Assembly (NCBI RefSeq): GCF_006345805.1
Contig: NC_043003.1
Coordinates: 70,866,001-70,930,000 of the forward strand
Reading direction: 5' to 3'
Length of the DNA: 64,000 bases
Origin: Octopus sinensis
Taxonomy: Eukaryota
Below, in pieces: positions 54,452-64,000 of this stretch (its first letter is position 1; each line of letters starts with the position of its first letter). The translations under genes and the position numbers were made by a program. The notes beneath the pieces were generated by a model. The model made no database searches. It had not been told where the DNA came from and worked only from the letters and a program-made list of their open reading frames with translations.

Positions 54452-54836
54452 TGTATGTATGTATGTATGTATGTATGATAATTCTTTGAGTTCAATTTAC
54501 GTTCTACTTGAGAAAGTTCAAGCCGGTTGCTAACAAAGGCACAATACTCCTTGAATTAAGAAAGTTCACGGTATTTGTAAATATGTGGTTGGTATGTTTA
54601 GTTGAACTGTCGTTGTATACATCCAAGTGTGCACATCTATTCACATAAGAATCTCAGATGTATGTATGTATGTATGTATGTATGTATGTATGTATGTATG
54701 TATGTATGTATGTATGTATGTATGTATGTATGTATGTATGTATGTATGTATGTATGTATGTATGTATTTAAGTTTCCACCTCTAAAGTTTATATTACTTA
54801 TCTCTTTTGTTATTTTATTATATTTCCATTCATTAG

Positions 54837-55365
54837 GGCAGCGAGCTGGCAGAAACGTTAGCACGCCGGGTGAAATGCTTAGCCGTATTGCGTCTGCTGT
54901 TACGTTCTGAGTTCGAATTCCGCCGAGGTCAACTTTGCATTTCATCCATTCGGGGTCGATAAATTAAGTACCAGTTGCGCACTGGGGTCGATGTAATCGA
55001 CTTAATTCGTTTGTCTGTTCTTGTTTTTCCTCTCTTGTTTTTCCTAAAGAAATAGGTTTTTCGTCTACCGCCGAGGTCAACTTTGCCTTTCATCCATTCG
55101 GGATCGATAAATTAAGTACCAGTTGCGCACTGGGGTCGATGTAATCGACTTAATCCGTTTGTCTGTTCTTGTTTTTCCTCTCTTGTTTTTCCTAAAGAAA
55201 TAGGTTTTTCGTCTACCGCTACGTTCTGAGTTCAAATTCCGCCGAGGTCGACTTTGCCTTTCATCCTTTCGGGGTCGATAAATTAAGTACCAGTTGCGCA
55301 CTGGGTCAATCTAATCGACTGGTTCCCTCTCCCAAAATTTCGGGCCTTGTGCCTAAAGTAGAAAA
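54837..55365 (+). mobile_element. SINE family A with tandem internal duplications (core present three times)
   Basis: cgccgaggtc(a/g)actttgc...gggtcgataaattaagtaccagttgcgcactgg repeated at about 54920, 55070 and 55240. Confidence 0.88.
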
Positions 55366-55419
55366 GATTATATTCCTTTCATCTGATAATCTGTATAAGT
55401 ATTGGTCACCCCTATCCTT

Positions 55420-55620
55420 CCTTCTAGTTACCACCTCTTCCGCATAAGTCATTCTCTCACTAGCAGCTCTGCGACATATCCTTTTATGTAGATAAAGCCA
55501 ATTATGGTTCCAGTACAGTGAGGGTCTGGGAGATTGTCTGACATTAATTGATTTATCACCGTCAACTAGAATACAATTGGCAACTCCCAATGGATTTAAT
55601 TCTAAATGGTTGAAGACTAC
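55420..55620 (-). mobile_element. Very degenerate LINE RT fragment
   Basis: ILVDGDKS...TVLEP..FIYIK...MTYAEE, resembling the GTVLGP/YADD region. Confidence 0.3.
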
Positions 55621-55991
55621 ATGTTGCATAAAATTTAAATATAAATAACAACGTCACCATTCCTTTATCTTGACCCCCACTATTTTTCCTCTGCTACTCT
55701 CTAAATTATAATAGGCTGAATATGATATGCATTATTTTCTAAACTCATTCTGCCACAGATATAACAAAGGAAATAAAGTAATTATTTTGCTTTCTATTAT
55801 TGATGTAAGTTTGTTAAAAATAGTTTACCCTTTATGTTTGAAATTTATATGGACATCTGCGTCTGAAGAGAACGGTTTCTCAAATACTGATGTAACGTTT
55901 TCATTGCTCAGTTAAATGGAACCGCTTGAAACGGCCGTAATGCATCAACACCTGTACATCGCTGTTACATGTATATATATGTATACATACA

Positions 55992-56029
<38 letters not shown>

Positions 56030-58107
56030 CGGGAAGGACTGTTTCAGTGTGGTCGTTTCCTGCCCTTACCTTCGAAACACGCAATGAGTCGAAACAGGGG
56101 CAGCTGAAGAAGGGGAATGTTCCTTGTGTTGTTTGTCTTGTACTCTGTCTTTTACGTTGTTAAAAAAGTCCGTTTCCTTGTTTTGTTTTTATGTTTTCGT
56201 TTCTCGTTGTGTTCTACGTTTATTTGTGGTGTCCTGTACCCATATATGCATGTATATATACATATAGATGTAGGTATGTACATATATGTATGTCTGCATA
56301 TGTTTTATTATTAAATTGTTATTATATATATATATACATGCATACATACACATATGTACATATCTAATAAACACAGTATATATATTTTTAATGAGCTACT
56401 AATAGTTTCATGCGATGAAAACAGTTAAGAACCATTTTATAACACATTTGGTGTCTTTACACAATCCTCAGACTCTGCTCACATGGTATAACAAGCTAAA
56501 ACAGGACGGTGTGAGTGTGTTTGTGTGTGTGTGTGTGTGTGCGTGTGTGTGTGTGTGTGTGCGTCTGTGTGCATGTGTGTGCGTATGTTTTATTTGGTGT
56601 CTAAACAGCTCTGCTTCACGATATCCGTACGTATGTTATTTTAAGAATGTTATATTTGATGAGAGACTGTTTCTCTAAGAATTTGATATACTCTGCCAAA
56701 CATTGGTAAATATTAACTACTTTAATAAAACCTGGCTGGGATATTCCTATTTATGAACACGTCCAACTGACTTTGAGCTAAATTTAAATACGAATTAATA
56801 CATTTTTAGCAACCAACATTTAAACCAAGATTCTTATTGCATTTTATAATACGATAATTAGAATTGTGTGTGTGTGTTTATTTGTTTTTTCGTGCCATTC
56901 CCCTCCAGCATAAAACAGCTGTCAACTGAAATAGATTTTTCTTGGTTTCTGAAAAGAATTCATGTATTTACGAATATTTTTATTGTTTTTCGTGTCCTAC
57001 GTTCCTCCCACTTCATGTTTGACAAGAAACAAATTCTAATACGTCAAGATGTAAAGTTCTTAGGCTTGCTGTTGCTGCTGCTGCTGTTATTTTTTTTATA
57101 TCATTAATAGCTATTCATTCTAAAGAAGGAAAAATTACTTTGTATCTTGTCCACAGGTGTAGAATGACAATTAACCAGATAGAACACAGCAACAGAAAAA
57201 AAAAACCCAGAAAGAATAAAAGAAAAAAGCAGGAAATTCACAAAAAATACCTTTTTTTTAAATAAAAGAAAAAAAGCCGATCAATAGCTTGCCACCAGGC
57301 AGGAGCAAATGTTTGAAAGAATTTTTTCAAACTAACCTCGATGATTTGATTAAAACAAAATGGTTTTATAGAATATACATTTTTGAATGTATTGGTGAAA
57401 GTATATTGACGAAGTTTCAAGATCCGTGCAGTTATTCCAAGAGATCAAAGGCTTCCAGGGCGACGGGAGGACGATCTAATTAAGCAATTTGGGTCAAGAG
57501 GGAAAAGACTGGCGCGCAATCAAGACATAACTGGAAGCGCATTGTGACCAGCGGTATATAACGCCATCTGATGATCTGGTCGATACCGTGATATTGATGA
57601 AACATCGGTGATTTGTTGTGATATTTCAGCTGACAATGGATTATTCCATTGATCCATTATTCTTACATTCTTTTGTTCGACTCGCTATTTTAGCAATCTT
57701 CTACCCTCACCAATCAAAACTTAATAACAATTTCTAACATAGAAATAAAGAAGCAATTTTCGAATAGAAAAATCAATTGTAAAGGCTCCCCGAACTAACA
57801 CAACTAGATTGAAACATTGGTACCCCAAAGTTCCTCAGCCCTTATATCACTGAATCGTGAGTTTTATCAACACATTTTCTGAAAGAAGTTGCTCTCCGAG
57901 GTGAAATTCAACAGCGTTTAGCTTATTCACGTTCAAGTCTACTGGAACATATCAAGACTGAATCAACTCACTATTGTTGTAATATTCCATTATTGATATC
58001 ATTCGTTTCCACTGTAATTGTCCATGTGTTCATATTTGACGCCATCTTTATCTTAAAAAATAAACAGCATTCTTTCGTTTCGTTCTTTTTCTTGTTCTCT
58101 TTTTCAG

Positions 58108-58541
58108 TGATTGCCGTAACGTTAAGTGTTCTCAGTCTGACCACAATATCAGCCGACCGTTTCATGGCTATCGTCTTCCCGCTTCGCAGTAGAATGTCTT
58201 CTACGAAAGCCAGTATAGTCATTAGTATGATCTGGTTTATATCAATCAGTGTTGCTGCACCACAACTTATCGTTCGCCACCAATCTGAATTCACTTGGGC
58301 TGACCGTCACGAGATTTATTGCGATGAAGTCTGGCCAACCGTATATATAAATACCAAATGCGAAACTGACCAGCCTGTCCGCAAGATTTACTATATAATC
58401 TTTATACTTGTTCTATATTTTATCCCCATTCTGGTCATGATAGTCGCCTATTCAATCATAGTGTTAACCTTGATGAAACGCAAAGCCCCTGGTGTTGCCA
58501 TTTTGTCCACAACCTTGGCTCAAGAAAAGTCTAAGAGAAAG
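58108..58541 (+). CDS. Same GPCR, second coding exon: TM3 (DRF) through TM5 and ICL3
   Basis: Polypyrimidine acceptor ttctctttttcAG at 58106-58107. The phase 1 join gives FIQ-V-IAVTLSVLSLTTISADRFMAIVFPLR. Also TM4 ISMIW, ECL2 YCDEVW, TM5 LYFIP and ICL3 QEKSKRK. Donor AAG|GTAAGT at 58542, phase 0. The two exons sum to 822 nt (274 codons). No TM6/TM7 exon was recognised before 64000. Confidence 0.93.
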
Positions 58542-58948
58542 GTAAGTTTGGTGCTATTAAACGTACGGTTTAAGGGTGTGTTTGTTATTGTATGAATTAT
58601 ATATATGCTCGTGTGTATGTGTGAGTGTCTGCATATATGCCAATATGATTGTGTATGCGTACACACACACACACACACATATATATGTATGTATATGTAT
58701 GTTTGTATGTACATATATGTATACATGTATATATATATAATTTGGGAAAAACGAATTTCCAAATCAATCAGGTACAACCCTTCAGCATTACATGCATCTG
58801 CATATCGTACAGTGGGGTCTTGATTATCATGTATTTATATATATTTATCTAGAAATATACAACATGTATAATAGAAATTAATTATAATTCCGGAGGCGTA
58901 CTTGCCTAGCAAGTGATCTATCTGAGATCGTGTGCTGGAACGAAAACA

Positions 58949-59179
58949 ATTGCAGCGTGGAAGGTGTTTATAAGCCATTTAAGAAACGCACAAAAACCGT
59001 TAGATTCACTTCAATATTTAAATTTAATTTGCCAAGATGCAGCACGGAATTTTGTCAGTAAACAGGTCGCGGTTTCAAAGCGACGAAAATATTTTGGCAA
59101 ATTAAATTTAAATGTTGAAGTGAATCTAACGGTTTCGTGTGTTTCTTAAATGGCTTATAAACACCTTCCACGCTGCAAT
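58949..59179. mobile_element. MITE-like fold-back, about 87-bp arms (58949-59035 / 59094-59179), 58-nt spacer
   Basis: Arms differ at about 4 positions by manual alignment. Lies in the GPCR intron about 400 nt after the 58542 donor. Confidence 0.85.
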
Positions 59180-59470
59180 AATAATTTAGTTTCGGGGATT
59201 AACAGATATGCGGGTATTGTATTTCAGATAATACAAGAAAATAACTTAATGAGTATATCTGAAGGTAAACACGTGGTATCTATTTGCACATCACGAAATG
59301 ATACTTTAAAGGATATAACCAGTACACCAGCAAGGTATAAAATATACTTCTATAATTATCTGCTACTTAAGTTGAAATTAAAATGATCAATTATGAAGGA
59401 CCTACACGTATTTCAGCATTGGAAGATTATAATATACATACATACATACATACATACATACATACATACA

Positions 59471-59504
<34 letters not shown>

Positions 59505-59877
59505 AATATATGTGTGTGTGTGTAATCATCAGATTTACAATTCTACCAACACATCACCAGGTTCTTTTTCAAAATATTGTTAATCTAATTTTACATCACC
59601 TTAAAATTAAGCGCTAAATTAAATATTAAATTCGCGGATGTCAGGTCCTCATTAGGGGTTAAATAATCCCCAAATTTCACTGTTTAATCCCTATCATATA
59701 AGGAGAAGTCTCGGCAATATGTTAACGATTATCATAGTAATACATATTGTCGATTATGATGAAAGGTAGAAAATGGATAATTATGGATGTATAAATAACT
59801 TTTTGTATATTATAAACTATTTATACATCCTTAATTCTCCATTTTCTTTCTTTCATCATTGTATATGTATATATATA

Positions 59878-59921
<44 letters not shown>

Positions 59922-60739
59922 TATGTATATATATTCATATATATATGTGTGTGTGTGTCTTTTATTAAATACACGACTATGTTCAAGTGTCATCTTTGTT
60001 TATTTTAGATTTTTCATATTTTCTCATTAGTTTTTTACGGTTGGTTTGGAAAATTGGAGTTCCTAGATCCATATCTGACGTTTCTAGACCTTGAATACAC
60101 CTGGCGTTGTATATAATGAAACATACACAAAAGAAAAACAGTCCCCCTTATACACGAACATAAAATTACACGATATTACAGCTAAAAGCGAAAAATATAC
60201 GACGGAGTTCCAGAGGAAGTTGTTCGAACGGCAAAAACACACATCGGCTGTGATTACTGATGCATGGTGCCAAGGTTCCAAAAACCTTTAGGGGAAAAGT
60301 CTACACAAATCCAATCAGTATATAAGAAGCAACACACATGGCAAATAGATTCAATTCAATCCTTGAAGATGAGAGTGTGAAGATCTTGAAACCTCAGATA
60401 CAGATCTAGAAACTCTGGTGTTCCAACCCAACTGTAAAAAGCTAATAACAGAAGAATGTGCAGAAGAAAATATGTTCCCCACATGTGTGCGTGCGTGCGT
60501 GTGTGTGTATGTGTGTGTGTGTGTGTGTGTGTATCTTTAATTTTATATCTTTTACTTGTTTCAGTCATTAAAGCCCGACCATGCTGGGGCACCACCTTTA
60601 AGAAAAACTGGGGTTCATTTGTCCGATTAAACCTTTCAATTTGATGCCCCAACATGGCTGCACTCCAATGATTGATAAAAAGATATGCATGTATGTATGT
60701 ATGTATGTATGTATGTATGTATGTATGTATGTATGTATG

Positions 60740-60810
<71 letters not shown>

Positions 60811-60859
60811 CATGATTGACTGCTAGCTCCAAAGGTTTTTTTATTCTGTTTATTTCCTC

Positions 60860-60995
60860 ATGGTCCTTTCTGCTGAAAAGCGTTGGCTCGAAACGTAAAA
60901 GACTTTTTCATCTTTCCCGAGCCTCAAACTAATACACCTGCTTGTTGTTTATACACCTGTCTTCTTTTGTTTTTCTGTAAATTTCAACTATATAC
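60860..60995 (+). mobile_element. PLE-like family F remnant with hammerhead-like motif (60866-60901)
   Basis: CTTT-CTGCTGA-A-AAGC(gttg)GCTC-GAAAC-GTA-AAAG. Confidence 0.6.
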
Positions 60996-61264
60996 AAATA
61001 CATATGAACAATTCTTCAGCAAGATTTTCAGTCACCGGAAATATTGCTTGCAGCGAGAATCTTTGAATAGAGATGGAGTGAATCACATCAACTTAGAACG
61101 AATGTGTGTATGTGTGTGTGTGTGTACGTATGTATGCAGGTGCATGTATATGTATATATTTTTTAATTAAAATTTAGAAGAAGCATCAGAGTGACTCAAG
61201 ACCGAGAGTTTCGTGCGTTAACACTTATCAAACCATATATGAATACAAATACATACACATATAT

Positions 61265-61364
<100 letters not shown>

Positions 61365-61410
61365 TCAATAAATGGTGGGGTTGTGTTGACCGCACGTGGA
61401 GAAATGATAA

Positions 61411-61955
61411 GCAAGAAAAAATTGTAAAAATGCAGAATGCTCGATTGAAAGAAAATTTTAATGAATTGAGAAAATGAAAAAATATATAATATATATCTAT
61501 TCAAACCGATTTTCGTCATAGTTTGACTTATCAGAATAGTTAGGTGAAAAGGTTTTTTAAAAATGAAAAAGGGGAAAAAAAGTTGCATGTTTTTTGCAAA
61601 AGAATAATAGTAGTAAATATGTATAAAAATTAAAAATAAGTACTCCGATACATTGTGAGTTCGTTGTGTATCTTGAGTTTAATACACAACAAGATACACA
61701 ACGAACTCACAATGTATCGGAGTACTTATTTTTAATTTTTATACATATTTACTACTATTATTCTTTTGCAAAAACAATGCAACTTTTTTTCCCCTTTCTC
61801 ATTTTTAAAAAACCTTTTCACCTAACTATTCTTGGTAAGTCAAACTATGACGAAACCCGGTTTTGAATAGATATATATTTATATATTTTTCATTTTCTCA
61901 ATTCATTAAAATTTTCTTTCAATCGAGCATTCTGCATTTTTACAATTTTTCGTTG

Positions 61956-61956
<1 letters not shown>
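61411..61956. repeat. Fold-back inverted repeat, about 265-bp arms (61411-61675 / 61690-61956), 14-nt spacer, each arm carrying a hammerhead-like motif
   Basis: The inner 85 bp of the arms are perfectly complementary, with about 8 differences overall. Motifs at 61497-61539(-) and 61826-61870(+). Confidence 0.95.
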
Positions 61957-61990
<34 letters not shown>

Positions 61991-61993
<3 letters not shown>

Positions 61994-62100
61994 CCTGCTC
62001 GCTTAGCCATCGGGGTGGTGGCGATTGAAAAGCTAAAACAATGCGAACGCATTGTGACCAGCGATGTGTCACAACGTCTGATGGTCTGGTCAGTCACGTG
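61991..62100 (+). mobile_element. Short structured element embedded in (TA)n
   Basis: Partial homolog at about 57535-57595. Helices ACAATGCG/CGCATTGT, GACCAG/CTGGTC and TTAGC/GCTAA. Confidence 0.5.
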
Positions 62101-62133
<33 letters not shown>

Positions 62134-64000
62134 ATAATATATATATATATATAATATATATATATATATTATATATATATATATATTGTATGTATGTGTA
62201 CACAGAAAAAGACATACAGACAGACAGTGGGGCGGACAGACAGGCAAACAGACGGACAGACAGTGTTAGAGACTTTGATACATATTTATAGCTTGTTTTA
62301 AATGCGAGTTGTATTTCATAATTTCTGTAGTTCGCTTGAATTTCATTGATGCGACTTGTGATTTTCTGACAACCGTATCGTTTACTGCTTTGATATTTGT
62401 TTATTTAAGTGAAATTATATTGCACACCGCAATTATTTTTGACTTCATTCAATTCATATCGCCATATATCGTTGATTTTTTTCTGTGGGAGAATTTAAAG
62501 AGAGCTAAGTAAATATGCCATAGTAGAAATGTTACGGATGGACAGCTGTATCACTATGTATACGCTGATACATCGGTTAATTTTATTTCGTGCAAACAAA
62601 GAGCTGTCTAGGTTTAGTTTACTTAAAATGAACCTCATCACATCGAGTATAATAATTTCTGTCTCGAGTCCAAGAACTTACAAAGCCGGTTACCCGGTTT
62701 CTGTATCATGACCAGAGATCACAATATCCACCTTTGAGTTGTTCACTTGTCCGTCGCAGGGTTAATCATTGACGGTTGAGTGAACTGGGGGTAGGGTGAA
62801 ATGAAATGTTTTACTGAATAACACAACACTATGCTTGGTCCAGGAATAGAAACCGTGGTGTTGCCATCGTGAGTACGACACCCCAACCACTAGGTCACAT
62901 GCCTTCGCTCACCACACCGTAGCAAATGCCTAACGTGGATCTCAAAAATGAAATAATTCTTGGAAAGGAATCCAGTTGCCAATCAATCACGTGGTTTATC
63001 AACATGTTTCTTAAATCCAAGATGAACGAGTGAAATTTTTAGAACGATTATCTATTGTTCATCTTTAAGGATTGTTTATGCTTCGTGTTGGTATTTATGG
63101 CTTTCTACTAAAAAAAATACAAAAACATGCGGAACACAAAGTATTCTAAGACCAAACAATTGTTCAATTTGAAACTAAATCACGTGATCCAAATATGTCT
63201 ATTGTGGAGTCCGTTTGGTTAAAATAATTCTACCCTGGTCAGCTTGTTTAACATAGTTCTAAACTGACAAAAGACTGGATGCGGACAGAAACTGAAAGGA
63301 ATCCCATGGTATATACATAGGTATTTTACGCACGCGTTCGCGCGTGTGTGTAAGTATGTGTGTGCGTAAGTGTGTTTGCTACCTCCAGAACTCGATAACC
63401 GATTCTGGTTTGTTTACATCATCTTGACTTACCAGTTAAAGAGATTGATAGAATAAATACTAGACTTTTTTTTAAAGTAGTTGGTCTGTTCGACTAAATT
63501 CTAAAGCCCGGCGACCCAGCATGGCAATGACTAATAACAGGCGGAGCCTTTCTACTGTTGATCTATACACAACAAATAATAATCAAATGCTCTCAAATCG
63601 TACCATTCCGTCTTTAAAGAAAGAAGGCATCGGAAAATGTGATCCTGTATTCGTCGCTGGTCAACCATATTGCATGGATAATAACGTAACCACTTCTTCT
63701 CCTCTGCCCGGTCTGTTTCCAGAAGCAAGGGCCTAACCCCAATTCCCCATGCCACCTCTCCACTCATAGGTATATTACAAAGGAAAGGTAAATGAATATA
63801 TGTTCACGGTGTCTATGTAGTTGCAAGGGGTACCAGTTATTGGTTAAATATAACTGTGCATATCTCCGAATTTTCTGTCGGAGATTATTCCGGTAGACTT
63901 TTTTAAATGCCTAACAAATTACCCCAACAAGATAATCGAATAAGACAAAAATTATGTTGGTCAACACTCGAACATCTACGTAGCTAAATAACAAGAACAA

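Noticed and set aside
60060-60440. Possible PLE GIY-YIG-region remnant (RQKHTSAVITDAW)
   Set aside because: The resemblance is too weak to call without a search.
62309-62512. Hydrophobic ORF as GPCR exon 3
   Set aside because: No TM6 CWxP or TM7 NPxxY motif and no convincing phase 0 acceptor.

Overview
AT-rich eukaryotic (animal) genomic DNA, most likely an octopus or other coleoid cephalopod. This is inferred from the SINE families and the very dense (TA)n/(CA)n/(TACA)n/(TAGA)n microsatellites. The only host protein-coding sequence I can support is the 5' part of a class A (rhodopsin-like) neuropeptide-type GPCR on the + strand. Its coding exons are 52950-53337 and 58108-58541, covering TM1-TM5 (274 codons); TM6-7 should lie beyond the window end. 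There is a candidate 5'UTR exon at 39998-40084. The rest is repeat-derived: four tRNA-headed SINE families with shuffled tails, remnants of RTE, R4/Dong-like and CR1/L2-like LINEs, Tc1/mariner/pogo elements and MITEs, and non-autonomous Helitron-like elements. Most short ORFs in the supplied track are microsatellite artefacts. Two patterns stand out. (1) About 12 minimal type I hammerhead-ribozyme-like motifs of the Penelope-like element (PLE) kind, most of them shortly upstream of a (TA)n tract. They include a family with A6 replaced and several with the compensatory U3-A8 core pair. (2) At least seven long fold-back inverted repeats (arms 55-280 bp). Three share an apex signature that suggests snap-back DNA synthesis, and two sit in a GPCR intron where they could form long dsRNA. 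All structural calls were made by eye and are untested.
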